Below, piece after piece: positions 1-14,616 of a stretch of DNA of 64,000 nt. Position numbers and translations under genes: made by a program. The DNA is taken from contig OZ024743.1 of assembly GCA_964016885.1 (NCBI GenBank), forward strand, positions 74,276,001 to 74,340,000, read 5' to 3'. The stretch comes from Eledone cirrhosa. Its lineage: Eukaryota. The notes under the pieces were generated by a model, which searched no databases, had not been told where the DNA came from, and saw nothing but the letters and a program-made list of their open reading frames with translations. Within the stretch, counting starts at the first letter, position 1. Every line of letters starts with the position of its first letter.

Positions 1-70
1 TATCAAGCGTTAACCTAATATATCCTTTCCATATACTGTAACGATTGTGTTGTTATTTCTGTTTACCTTT

Positions 71-253
<183 letters not shown>

Positions 254-255
254 GT

Positions 256-2276
256 TGTTATTCCTTGAATCTCAGTCATTGATGTTGGTTAACTGGAAAG
301 TCCGTTGGAATGAATATCAAGCCACTACCTGCAGCCTCAGATATTCAGGACGTATCGGAGGGTTCTTGCTGTTCCCAGCAAGCATGCCTTTTGAAGCGTT
401 CCAAAAAGCGTGAAGGGGCCGATTTTCTTTAACCATCCCTGGAAACTTTTGGAGATAGTCCCCAGTGCGCCTATCACAATCGGGATCACTTTGACTTCAT
501 GGCAGTTCCAAATCCTTTTCACCTCCCACTTTAGGTCCTGGTATCGGTTAATTTTCTCCCTCTCCTTCTCTTGCACTCTCGTGTCGAAAGGGCAGGCCAC
601 ACCACAATCAGACACGATCTTTTTTCTTTGTCCACAACCACCAGGTCAGGTCTACTGTGTTCCAGTTTTTTGTCCGTCTGTATCCTAAAATCCCACAGCA
701 CCTTCACCTGATTGTTCTCCATCACCGCCTCTGGCCTATGCTCATACCATTTCTCAGAATGTGGTAAATTGTTTACTTTGCACAGGTGCCAGTGGATCAC
801 CCTGCCCATCACATCGTGTCTCCAGCCCTTATAGTGGGTCTGGGCTAGGTGTTTACACTCGGACACAATGTGAGCCACAGTCTCCTCTCTTTCTCCACAG
901 ATCCTGCACAGTGGGCTAGCCTGCTCCTTGTAAATATGGTGCTTCAACCACTTCGTTTTGAGGGCCTGCTCCTGCGCAGCCATTAGCATTCCTTCTGTAG
1001 CCTTTTTGAGGTCTCCTCTTCTCAGCCAGTTCCATGTCTGTGGATCTCTAAATTCAGTTTTCTCAAAGAAGGTACTATGAAGGGATTTTCCCTTAAGGCT
1101 GCTCTTCCTCCTTGATGTTATTTCCTCCTTGGACATCCCCTGGCCTACTGTCCCCTCCTTCAGTACAGTTCTGAGCATTGGCTCCTTACTATCGGTCACG
1201 TATTTGTATAGGTTGTTTTTCTCCATCTGAACACAGTCCTCTATGCTGATAAGACCTCTTCCACCCTCAGATCTCCTTAGGTAGAGTCTATCGACATCAC
1301 TCCTCTTGTGGAACATGTTGTAGATAGTCAATAGCTTCCTAGCCTTCCTATCCATTTCTTTTTGTTCAGCAACATTCCATCTCAGAATTCCCGCACTGTA
1401 CCTAATAATAGACACAGCTCGGGAATTTACTGCGCTTATGGCATTTCTGCTGTTCAGATGTGACTTCAATACGCTCCTTACTCTCCGAATGTATTCAGTT
1501 CTTAACAATTCCTTCATTTTTTTGTTCTTTATGCCATCAGCCTCCAGAACGCCCAAATACTTGTATCCTTCCTCAGAGTCAATTTCCTTTATCATCTCAC
1601 CTGTTGGTATCTGGATCCCGTTACTTCTGCTCAACCTACCCCTCCTCATCACAATGACTCCACATTTACTAATACCAAACTGCATACATATATCACTGCT
1701 GAAAATACGGACAGTGTCAGCAAGCACATCCAACTCCTTCTCACTTTTCCCGAAGAGCTTAAGATCGTCCATGAAGAGGAGGTGATTGATGGTAAGCTCT
1801 CCCTTTCCCAACTTGTATCCTGCTCTCACTTTTCGCAGCATAATGGTCAAGGGCATCAGGGCAAGGACAAACAACAGAGGGGACAGGCTATCTCCCTGGA
1901 AGATACCTCTCTTGATCTTCACGCTTCCCAAGGATACTCCAGTTGATGTCAACTCTGTCTCCCAGGACCCCATACTCCTGCCCAGCAACTGTCTGATGTT
2001 ATCTGCCACCCTGAAGATCTCCAGGCTTTTGGTGATCCAAGAATGAGGCACCATGTCAAATGCCTTTCTGTAGTCTATCCATCCCATGGCAAGATCAGTG
2101 TGTCTCCTCCTGCAATTCCCCATTACCATCTTATCAATAAGTAACTGGTCCTTTGTACCACGTGACTTCTTTCGGCATCCTTTCTGTTCGTCCGGTAACA
2201 AGTTGTTTGTGTGGAGGTGATGGTAGATTTCCTCAGACACAATGCTCGTCAACAGTTTCCACATTACGGACAGACA

Positions 2277-2277
<1 letters not shown>
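256..2277 (-). mobile_element. R4/Dong-like RLE non-LTR retrotransposon family A, 5'-truncated copy with a frameshift in the endonuclease
   Basis: ORFs 531-2318 and 337-615 show RT motifs QGDSLSP and FMDD, CCHC knuckle [21 protein letters not shown] and RPDLVVVD. (TAA)n flanks both ends on the element strand. Nearly identical to 39640-41660. Confidence 0.93.
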
Positions 2278-2315
<38 letters not shown>

Positions 2316-2344
2316 CATTATTATTATTATTATTTCATTTCATT

Positions 2345-5300
2345 TATTAGCCACAAGAATAGGGGAAGAGAACGCACGTGGTGGATAGAGTGTTATGGAA
2401 ACGCTCCCGTAAGTTTTTGATTTTTAACATATTTAAAACAATTGTGATATAACAATTCTTAGTACAAATGGGACATAAAGCACCAGGCTTTACTCTCAGG
2501 AAATGAGAACCCATAATATCCTGTAATAAGCTCAAATATTCAATTTTGTATTATAAATTTTATATTCAAAAACAGAAAATGATTATAAATGGAAGAAAAC
2601 CCTCTCTGTCTACACTATATAGAACAGCCAAATTACAGCAATTTCACCACCACACCAACCTAGATACACCACCTATCCCCTCACCCCTCTGTGTACACTA
2701 AATACAACAGCCAGATAACGGCAATTTCACCATCACCACCACCAACCCCAGCGTAATAATAATAATTACTATTATTGTATCTCAAGTTTTCTCAAAATGT
2801 TTAATTCAAATATTAAGAAAATATGTCAACACATATATTCAACATACGCGACAAACTGCATAGATGTACAAATCAAACAAACGCATCCTACTACAGTCTA
2901 TTCAACAGAACTCAGTAACGACAACGCCATCACTATAGTCACTGCCGCCACCACTCCATCATTGCTACCACTATCCCATCACCGCCGCCACCACTCCTTC
3001 ATTGCTACCACCACTATTCCCCCACTACCTTCTGTTAACTTAAGAAAGGGGAAGGTGGCGGTATCACTAGACAAGGAAGAGGTTAGCAAAAGATATAAAT
3101 AGACTGATTTAGTGACCCGGTCAAACGTCAACGAATTGGCACTGCTGGCTCCCCCCTTCCCCACCAACAATAGAAAAAGCACCAGAACCACCACCGACAT
3201 AGCCAACAACAACAACAGGCAAATTCAACAAAAAGTATATTATATTATTAATAATAATTTCATTCTTAAGCCACGCAATGCTCACATTAAGGAACCATTC
3301 ATGATAATAACAATTTAAAAAACAACAAAAAAGAAAACCCCGTGACCAAGAAATACCGGGATGGCGACCGGCGGGGAATAGCCGTGTTTCTAGGGGGGAC
3401 CCTTCTAGTCCTGGTTGACTATCGTCCTAGAAGTGGTAACACGAAATGATTACCCCTGGGCGGTTAAGGATAAAACGCGACAAAATAAAGTAAATGTCAA
3501 ATGATAAAATCTCATACCTGATCGGCCGTCACCCGGGTCAAAAAGAGCCGCGTCCCCCAGAGAGGAACCAGACTGGGGTCAAAAAATCAGCTAATGGTTC
3601 AAACCTTCACATCACTTCGGAGCTGGAGACCTCCCATAACCGGAATACTCCTACTGTTGGCCCTCCATGCTACCAAGAAATCCAAAGAAAAAGAAAGAAA
3701 AATGGTCAAGGGAACACAATAAAGAAGTCCTTGAGGCTTTCTACACTGCTATGTACTACCCATCAAATAGATTGAATACAGAACAGACATATATCAACTG
3801 GAAAAAGAAACATCCCGAAAAGAGGCTATATTGACAGTATCAAACTAGCCAATATACGAAGAAATATTGTTAAAAAAAAAGAAGTTACTAACTGATATAG
3901 AAATTGATCAGATCAAGCTATTAGCACAGGGTCAGCGAAGGGAAAATGAAACATGTGTCAGTGAAAACGAGGTAAATTGTAACACTTCGAATCCCAGGGC
4001 TGGGGCGGAATCACTGACAGCAGAACAAATTAAAGAAAGGATCGAAAAAGTGGAGGGTGTGCATGCTCAAGATGAAACTCAAAATGAAAACAATGAGATC
4101 ATAAATGATAAAGAAATGAATGAGAATGAACTTGCCAACTTGAAGGATGAAATTATTATCGAATGGATGAAAATGAAAGAATCTGACATGGGGGAACGAG
4201 ACACTCTCCCTAAGATCCAGAACTCCAAACAGAACCAAAAGATAATACACAAGACTAACATAATTCTCAAAAAATTTATCATCACAAACAAACTAAACAT
4301 TACTGATCTAAATCATCTCTATTATGCATCAGCTAAAGTCACCACTCACTTGTGTGGAGTGAAAATGAAAAAACAAAGGAATTCCCACAAGAAATCTACT
4401 TGGCAAGAGAACATCAATCGCCAAATAAACGTTCTCCGATCTGACAGAAATTTTAACAAACTACAAAGTAGGTGAACATGTTAAACAAACTAAACTTAGA
4501 AAATTGAAAAGAAAATACAGTATAAAATCAACAAGTGACATAGACATACTGATAGAAATAATCAAGCAAAAAGTGTCGGCCAAAGCTGCTCGTATAAGGC
4601 GCTTTGAAAAACGATCTAGATTCTATAAGGACAATAATATGTTCAAAAACAACTAAAGAAACTTCTACAGGAAAATTGGTAAGTCAACAATAACTGCTAA
4701 ATTAATACCACCCAAGGAGGAAGTGCAAGAATTCTGGGAAAAGATCTGTGCCGAAGAAAAAGTTCATAATATCCATGCCCCATGGACAGACAGACAAATG
4801 AAAGATACAGCTCACCTTGAGGAACAAACATGGGAAAATATAACAGTTGAACAGTTGCGTTTGGCTCTTAGAAAAACCAGCAAATGAAAATCCCCATGAA
4901 AAGAAAAAATACCAAATTTTTGGATAAATGCTTTCACAGAGTCTCATGAGCTGTTAGCCCAACTTTACAATGAAATAGTTAAGGAGCCAGTAAAGATACC
5001 ATCATGGCTAGTTAACGGCATTACATTCCTGCTTCCGAAGAATGATGAGACAAACAATCCCCAAAATTACAGACCGATAACTTGCTTGACCACAATGTAT
5101 GACATTTTAACATTAGTCCTAACTGAATATACATATGATCACCTGATAACAAATGATCTATTTCCCAATGAGCAGAAAGGGTGTAAACGAGGCTCATATG
5201 GCTGTAAAGATCAGCTTTTGGTTAACAAAATGATACTGGAAGATTGTCATAATAGACAAAAGAATCTATCAATTGCTTGGATAGATTATAAAAAAGCATT

Positions 5301-7241
5301 CGATAGTTTGCCACACAGTTGGATTGAAAAATGTTTAGAGATTTTTAAAATATCTCCTGTTGTCAGGAGGTTCCTGTCATTCAGTATGAAGACATGGAAA
5401 ACGACACTCTATTTTGAATAGTGAAAAAAAATCACTGGAAGCTGGAGAAGTTAATATTAATTGTGGAATTTTTCAGAGTGACTCTTTATCACCGCTTTTA
5501 TTCTGCATCGCACTTGTACCATTAAGTAAAATGCTCAATGAAACAAAACACGGATATAAAGTCTATGACAAAACCATTAATTACTTGTTCTACATGGATG
5601 ACCTGAAACTATTTGCAAAAAATGATGAACAATTGAAAGGGCTATTATCCACTGTGAAGCAGTTCAGTTTGGACTAGATAAATGCGCCAAAGCAACCTTC
5701 ACCAGAGGAAAGCTGCTGAAAAGTTCAGACATTTATCTTGATCGGGGGAATGGGATAAGAGAACTTGATCAAGAAAAAACTTACAAATATCTAGGTGTTT
5801 GTGAAGGAGACGGAATCAAGCACTCGACAATGAGGGAAAGGATAAGGAAGGAATGTTACCGCAGATTAAGAGCAATCTTAAGAACGGAATTGAATGCAAG
5901 GAATAGGATCGATGCCATAAACACGCTTGCATACCAGTAGTAACCTACAGTTACAATGTCATCAACTGGTCAAGCACAGAGATCCGTAAGCTCGATACAA
6001 AAATTAGAAAATTCTTAACCATGCACAGAATGCATCACCCTAAGGCAGATACAGATAGAATATATCTCTCTAGTAAAGAAGGAGGACTTGGGTTAACCCA
6101 GTTAGATATTGCATTGAAAACTGCAACAATTGGATGATCTACATATCTAAGGGAATCACATGATTGGATGATCAAACTCGTTTTGAAACACGAAATCAAC
6201 AGAAGATCATACTCCATTACAAAAGATGCACAAAGATACAGTAATGAACTACAAATTTCAGAAGTTCCATGTACTGCTGAAATGAAAACACAGAAAAAGC
6301 AAAGCAGGTAAAAGTAACTGCAAAGAAAGAACTGCTACAGAAACTGGCTAAGAAATGGCAAGAAAAGGCTCTGTATGGAAAATACCCATAAATAGCTAAC
6401 AATCCTGATGTTGACAAAACTTTAACCCATCGGTGGTTGGCATCCTCTGGACTGAAATCGGAGACTGAAGGGCTGATTATATCAGCACAAGATCAGTGTC
6501 TGCCAACAAAAAATTACCAAGCCAACATAATAAAAAAATGGATGCAACCCATTATGCCGTGTATGTAAAAAAACAACCAGAGACCATTGATCATATAATT
6601 TCAATGTGCAGTCCGATAGCTCCAACCGAATACCTAAACAGGCATGACAGAGCTGCAAAATACATTGGATAATGTGTAAGCATTTTAACCCTCCCCATCA
6701 AAACAATTTGTGGGAGCATCAGTCACCTCCCATACTTGAAAAAGATCACATCTCAATCTTGTGGAACTCTAGCATCCAAACAGACCGAAAAATAGATGCA
6801 AATACACCTGATATAATACTGAAAGGCTTTTGATATGTCCGTTCCAATAGACAAGAATGTATCTATAAAAACACTTGAAAAATTGAGCAAGTATAAGGAC
6901 CTGGAGATAGAAATTGGAAAAATGTGGAAATTGAGAACTAAAACAATACCAGTGGTTGTAGGCGCTCTGGGAATGATACCTAAAGGGTCTAATGATTACT
7001 TATCGCAAATCCCAGGAAACCCGCGTATAGGAGAAATACAAAAGATAGTACTAATGGGAACTGCCCATATACTAAGGAAGATTCTGTCAATATAAGTACA
7101 TCACAAGTCTAAACACATAAAGATGTATGTGTGTGTATGTATGTTCTTTCTTGAACATGGCGGACCTTGTTGTCTCTTGAGGTCACTGGTTGTGACTTGG
7201 TGATAACTCGTATGAACATAAAGCAAGATAAATGCAACTAT
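2345..7241 (+). mobile_element. R4/Dong-like RLE retrotransposon family B, full-length degraded copy
   Basis: Fragmented ORFs 3494-7095 (YMDD, CRVC...HIISMC, terminal IPVVVGALG...ILRKILSI) are colinear with 41710-46682, including the ~1.15 kb leader and the 3' UTR. Followed by (TAA)n. Confidence 0.92.
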
Positions 7242-7261
7242 AATAGTAATAATAATAATAA

Positions 7262-7430
7262 TTGTTTCTACTTGTGGCACAAGGCCAGAAATTATCCCAG
7301 TGTATTACTGGTACTTTATTTTATCAACCCCATAAGGATGAAAGGCAAAGTTAACCTCGGCGGGATTTGAACTCAGACTGTAAAGGGACGTAACTGTGCT
7401 GCAAAGCATGGCACCCGACCCTCTACCGAT
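7262..7430 (-). mobile_element. tRNA-derived SINE (octopus-type), internally shortened
   Basis: Minus strand has the B-box GAGTTCAAATCCC and the body AACTTTGCCTTTCATCC...AAAGTACCAGT...TGGCCTTGTGCC. Homologous to 27715-27925 and 62361-62518. Confidence 0.8.
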
Positions 7431-7451
7431 ACTGCCAATTCACCGCCCTTA

Positions 7452-7482
<31 letters not shown>

Positions 7483-7495
7483 TACAAGGACGAAT

Positions 7496-7741
7496 GGTTA
7501 AGTTTTCATTACGTTTATTGGTTAGTGACGGACGTTTCACTATTGATCAGCTCAAGGTTGGATCTGTATCAATCTGGCCCGACTCTGGAATCAAAAGCTC
7601 GTCGGACAGAATGTCAATACTGTCATTACTACATCAGAGGTCCGACGAGCTTTTGATTCCAGAGTCGGGCCAGATCGAACCTTGTGCTGATCAATAGTGA
7701 AACGTCCGTCACCAACCACTAAACGTAATGATGGCTTAACC
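7496..7741. mobile_element. Fold-back Penelope-like LTR module with a hammerhead-like motif in each arm
   Basis: Arms ~7496-7607 and 7640-7741 are inverted. The plus arm reads GGT-CCGACGA-(long stem II)-GAAA-CGTCCG-TC-ACC (7639-7713). Related to 54083-54161 and 13779-13865. Confidence 0.7.
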
Positions 7742-7899
7742 TAGCAGTAATACACTGATATAATTGTGCAAAAAGTAGAAACAATTATTATATTACATTC
7801 TGTCTAGCGCAACACCTGGATATTGACGTGAACCTAAACATAGAGTATTCACCTGGTTGAACCTACAGTAGCTTCGCGTTACACTCCCTGGATATATAT

Positions 7900-7935
<36 letters not shown>

Positions 7936-7955
7936 GTATAGATATATACATATAT

Positions 7956-8588
7956 CAGCTCCATTATTATCATATTTACACATATTTTTTCCTCTGCTGC
8001 CACCCGTCTGTTTCGTTCTTTGTATCTTTACCCTTTCTAGCAGTCTCTCTCGCTCTGTTAGACTCCTCCTCAACTTTCACTCACTCATTCTCTGTCACTA
8101 CCTCTCCTTTTTCTTCCCGCTTGACCTGTCCGATTTCTTTTCTCGCGCGCTCTTGGCCAAGCCGGTATGAATTTTTTTTCTCTCTCTCTCTCTCGTCTGC
8201 GACTTCACAGAACTTATGTTTACCGAATTCGCAGACCAGACCCCTTCTTCTTCCCCCCGTTAGACCTGTGCGAAATTCCTTCCTTGCTCACATTTCAACC
8301 AGGTTTGATGGTCTTTATTCTCTCGTTCACGATTTCACCGAGTTTATATTCATAGAAATCTGGAACTTGTCTCTTTCTTCTCACTTTCTGTTGCTTAAAC
8401 CATTTTGTTTGTTCACCCTAACGTCCCCTTTATTTACGTGTCCCAACGACTTTTTTTAGCCGTTGTTCGCACCAACCTGAGGTATATGGCCCTTAAAGCG
8501 ATGAAATGCCTAGGACGGTTGGAGGGCCACTGATGAAGGACTTACTTTTTCATATGTAACCCATTTGCAACGCCGCAGCTCCATTATT

Positions 8589-8595
<7 letters not shown>
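7956..8595 (+). mobile_element. Non-coding ~620 bp repeat unit between (TA)n tracts, with a terminal direct repeat
   Basis: CAGCTCCATTATTATCATAT occurs at both ends. It shares TAAAGCGATGAAAT...CACTGATGAAGGACT...CATATGTAACCCAT with 32568-33132 (minus strand). Confidence 0.6.
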
Positions 8596-8677
<82 letters not shown>

Positions 8678-8679
8678 AG

Positions 8680-8756
<77 letters not shown>

Positions 8757-8882
8757 ATATATTTATGAATAATACATATATACATACGTGAATACATGCA
8801 TACATACATAAATGTATATATATATCTATATATATTTATTTATATAAGTATGAATGTATATTTAGACACACACACACATATA

Positions 8883-8943
<61 letters not shown>

Positions 8944-9125
8944 GTATATATATACATATATATATATATACAAATATATACACACATGTACATACATATA
9001 CATGCATACACATACATACACGTATATAATTATTATACACGTACATATAATTATTTATCGACATTTTTGAAATATTTCCAAAGGCTTTACGTATCGTAAA
9101 AATACGTCTTATTTGTCAGGGTCAT

Positions 9126-9705
<580 letters not shown>

Positions 9706-9947
9706 TTAATGTACCTTTCCAAAGTAAATAGTATCAACTTAGTGGCTGAGGTATGACATATTTTCCATCAAGCGTTAGAGACCGCAAGAGAGGAATCTGT
9801 AAATGTTTACCACATACTTCAGCTCTCACTAAGCGTTCATTACAAGCAGCTGACCGGATCTTCATCTGGGAAACAATGGCTGCCATGGACTCGTGTCAGC
9901 CCTATTATTTATTACTGCTAAACTAACGAATTGAATAGACATATGCA

Positions 9948-10026
<79 letters not shown>

Positions 10027-10105
10027 CAGATGTGCATATACACATATATATATATATATATACATACATATATATATATATATATACACTTACATATATA
10101 TATAA

Positions 10106-10178
<73 letters not shown>

Positions 10179-10288
10179 AACATACATATACATATATATA
10201 TATATGTATGTATGTTTGTTTGTTTACACACACACTATATATATATATAAGTAGATGAATATATATATTTGTATGTGTGTAGACACCG

Positions 10289-10345
<57 letters not shown>

Positions 10346-10368
10346 GAGGGGAGAGTGAGAGAGAGAGA

Positions 10369-10413
<45 letters not shown>

Positions 10414-10457
10414 AGGGAAGGGGAGAGAGAGAGAGGATGTAAAATCACTGTCAATCT

Positions 10458-12054
10458 GGTTTGGATCTGTATCAGGTTTTTCTCGATCTGACAAAAGCTT
10501 TCGATACTGTTAACAGAAATGCGTTGTGGAAGGTTCTCCAGAAACTTGGTTGCCCTGATAAGTTCCTTACTTTGGTTAGGTCTTTCCATGACGACATGAA
10601 GTTTTGGGTTAATATCAGGGGTAATATGTCGGAGCCTATCTCAGTAAAATAAGGAGTGAAACAGGGGGATATTCCAGCACCGACCCTGTTTGCCATATAC
10701 TTTGCAATGGTTTTCTATAATGCATTCAGGAATTATGAGCATGGTGTTTACATCCAATATCGAAACTCAAGCAGCATTTTTAACATCAGGCGCTTTACTG
10801 CAAAAACAAAAGTATTTACATCAATCATAAGAGACCTCGTGTATGCAGATGATTGCGATCTTATAGCGTACACAGAGAGTGATATGCAGTATATTTTGAA
10901 TGCATTTTCTGATGCTTGCACTGTCCTAGGATTGACTGTCAGCCTCAAGAACACCGTTGTCATGTACCAACCTGCCCATAGTAAGCAGTACAGTAAGCCA
11001 AACATCTATGTGTATGGCAAACGACTTGGAGTGGTTGATCAGTTTGTCTACCTGGGAAGCACTCTCAATCGATACAGCAACCTTGATAGTGAAATCTCAC
11101 TTAGGATTAGGAAAGGAAGTGATTATTTCGGAAAGCTAGAAAGGCGACACTGGAGTCGGGGAGAGATATGCAAGAAGACAAAAGTAAATGTGTACAAGGC
11201 ATGTGTGCTCTCTTCTCGTCTTTATGCCTGCGAGACCTGTGTCACATATCGAGACCACCTTAAACAATTTGAGCGTTTCTATCAGATGTGTCTCAGCCAG
11301 ATCCATGGCGTTCACTGGAGGGACCATATCAGTGATGTCGAGATTTTAGAAAGCTCTATGTGTGACAGTATAGAAGCTCTAGTGCTTAAGCAACGACTCC
11401 GTTGGTGTGGTTACCTTGCCAGGATGAAGGATTCTAGAATACCAAAACAACTCTTTTATGGAAAGTTAGTTAAAGGAAAATGACCGCCACATAAACCAAA
11501 AAAGATGTATAAGGATTCGTTGAAAGCCTCTTTGAAAGACGCTAATATCTCTGCTGATACATGGGAAAATATTGCTGATCGTAATAAATGGTAAAAGACT
11601 GAATATGAGGGAAAAGTTGCCTTTGAGGCATCTCGAATCGCATACAAGAAAGCAAAGAGGGATGTGAGGAACGACATTACTGTTGTATTTCCAGACAGCG
11701 AAGGTCCTCCTATGGCGCTGACATGCAGCGTCTGTGCGAGACTCTGCCTCAGCAAAGCTGGACTCGAATGACATCTTCGCAGTTATAAAGTGAGACCAGT
11801 GGTTGACTACCAGGCTGCTGTTGGAGATGCTACTCATTATACCTGCCAAGCATGTGGTAGAGAATGTAAATCAGCAGGAGGGCTCAAAAGACATGCAAAA
11901 GTACATGAAATCCAACCACAGCCAGCTATTCCTAGTGAATGTTTTGGGTGCCAACTATGTGAAAGACATTTTAGATCATTGACTGGGCTAAAAAGCCACA
12001 TTTGATCGCAGCATTGTTAATTGTTATTGTGTGTGTGTGTGTATATGTGTATAG

Positions 12055-12137
<83 letters not shown>

Positions 12138-12229
12138 ATTATTATTATTGTTATTGTTATTATTATTGTCGTTATTATGTTTTTTCTTTCGTGCAATGGC
12201 CATACTCGATAACGAGGGGACAGCCATCA
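10458..12229 (+). mobile_element. RTE/BovB-like LINE, 5'-truncated pseudogenised copy
   Basis: RT motifs [19 protein letters not shown] and YLGS. C-terminal C2H2 fingers (CQACGRECKSAGGLKRHAKVH). 3' end GCAATGGCCATACTCGATAACGAGGGG. Flanked by long direct repeats 10212-10448 and 12229-12446. Confidence 0.9.
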
Positions 12230-12305
12230 TGTTTGTTTGTTGACACACAATCTATATATATAAGTAGATGCATATATATATATATTTGTATATCTGTAGA
12301 CACCG

Positions 12306-12379
<74 letters not shown>

Positions 12380-12786
12380 TGGGGTGGGAGAGAGAGCGAG
12401 AGAGAGAGTGAGGGAAGTGGAGAGAGAGAGAGGGATGTAAAATCACGTCCGTGTCACCAAGAGGTTTCGGCTTGTGTTTTCAGCAAGCCTTACAAGGGTC
12501 CCGTGGTGTTTACTGAGATATTTCTCTGTCACTCTTAGTTTTCTGGATGGCCTCTGATCATATATGTGATTATATATATAGGTTAGGTAGAATCGAAGTC
12601 AGTGTTCCAGCTTATGTACAAACTTTTCGATATCGATCAGGTCAAGGTACAATCAAGATGACGGAGCACACTACAGCTGCCTTAACTCTGAAATACAACC
12701 CACATGAGACGGATCACGTAACAGCATTGAGTGCTTTATAAAAGTGTAAGTCAACAGGGTGAAATTGGCCTTCTTTATTCACATTC

Positions 12787-12844
12787 GCTGCTATATATAT
12801 TTCAGTGATAGTCTTTATTCTACAGCTATGACCTCATCAGGCTG
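12787..12844 (-). ncRNA. Type I hammerhead ribozyme-like motif (weak stem I)
   Basis: Minus strand: CAGC-CTGATGA-GGTCATAG..CTATCACT-GAAA-TATATA-TA-GCAG. Confidence 0.55.
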
Positions 12845-13545
12845 TAAGAATTTAAACAGAAAAAAAAACAGGAAAACATGATGTTGTAATGTATTTTACC
12901 GTGTTAATTCATTGATATAGCCAGGTGTGTTGTTAGTCCTGTAAGGAACTGGAAGCATATGCTTCCAGTTCCTTACTAACAACACATGAACAGCCATGAA
13001 CAGAACCAGTTTCACTAGAAAGTAAGTTGACATCATCTTAGCAGCTAGGAAAACATTACTAGAATTCTATGGTAGGCTATGGGAGAGACATCAACATTCC
13101 ACATTTAAAGTAAGTTTTTCTCTTTGGTGTTATGTACCGGTTTATGGGTATATGTCATAAAGAATGTTTTTAGGCTTTGAGGAAAATACTGTCACACACA
13201 TTTATTTATTTTTAATGTACTAATATCATTTTATATTCAATTTCCAGACGACCATTGGGAATTTTTACTGTGCAGTATTTGAAACAATTTGTCAGCCATT
13301 AAATATATATGTATTCATAAATCTTTGTTGTTCTCTCCAACATTCTAAATATGACTTTTTGCTCAGCGTATAATACGATTGTTAAACTATCTCTCTTTCC
13401 ATCTATTCGGATGGCTCACTAGTCTAGCAATCTTTATGTATTGAGCACACTAACCTTCTCTCTACTGGCCTGTAATCTGCATAACTAATCACTTTTCTCT
13501 TCCCCTGATAAGCTTACTTGCATTTTATTCTGTATATATATACAT

Positions 13546-13625
<80 letters not shown>

Positions 13626-13900
13626 TCAGTGGGTGTAACTAGGAGTTACTGCAAGTTCACCCGGGTGAGCACTCGGTGTTTAGGTTCACTTCTGTGATGA
13701 TGTGTAGAGCTATACAGAATGTAAAATATAGAAAGGATAAAAAGGACGATTGATTATTCCTTCATTGCATTTATTGATAGGTGACGCGCGTTTCGCCACT
13801 GATCAGCTCAAGGTTCGATCTATATCGATCCTACCCGACTCAATAATCGGCAGCTCGACGGACCCTCTTAAAATGCTATAAGAAAATGAAATACATGCTA
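13626..13900 (-). mobile_element. Penelope-like LTR remnant with a hammerhead-like motif (13779-13865)
   Basis: Minus strand: GGGT-CCGTCGA-(long stem II)-GAAA-CGCGCG-TC-ACCT, then AATAAA, CGAGTGCT and (TA)n/(CA)n. Confidence 0.6.
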
Positions 13901-14616
13901 TGTGGTAAAGTCAGAGTTTCAAGAGTTTGACAAAATGAATTGTTTTGATTGGTGGGAAGGATCAAGGCGATGTACTGGCCTGTAGTGTATATGGGGGTGG
14001 GTGTGATGGTGAGATGTTGGAGACGGTCTGTGGATGGGGTGGGCTGTGGTGTGGTGGTGGTTGGTTGGCCTTGGCTTGTAGAGTATGTGGGGGTGGATGT
14101 GATGATATGTTGGTGGTTAAGGTTATTTAGTGGGATGGGCTGTGGTATGAGGTTACTGGATTGTCAGTATACGGGTTAGCGTGTAGGTGGGGGTGTGGTA
14201 GTGGTGCCGTTGTCTATGGTAGCGGCGTTTGTGGTGGTGTGGTGGATGTATTGGTGGCGTCAGGTCCTTACATAGATACATAGTTAGACGCTCTTCGTCT
14301 GACAGATACCTTGTATATACGTATACGTACACATATATATGTATATATATACATATGGCTGTGTGTGAGCGTATGCCGATATGTGTGGGCAAGGATGTGC
14401 GTATGTGTTTTATGTTGTGTGTGTTTATACAACAATATATGTGCACATATATTGTATATATAAGTATATTTCGGCTTGTAACACAAACCGAAATCACTTG
14501 GTGCCGCGGTCTGGATTTTACCTATCTTTATACCAACACGATATCTCTCCATGATTAGTGGTCTTCCCTGCCCCCCCCCCCTCTCTCTCACTTTATATAT
14601 ATATATATATATGTAT

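Noticed and set aside
2347-2535. Antisense ORF open in both family-B leaders (also 41650-41865; ICTK.CY...LNMLKI.NLRERFH)
   Set aside because: About 12 of 40 aligned residues differ, mostly non-conservatively, which is consistent with neutral nucleotide homology rather than coding constraint.
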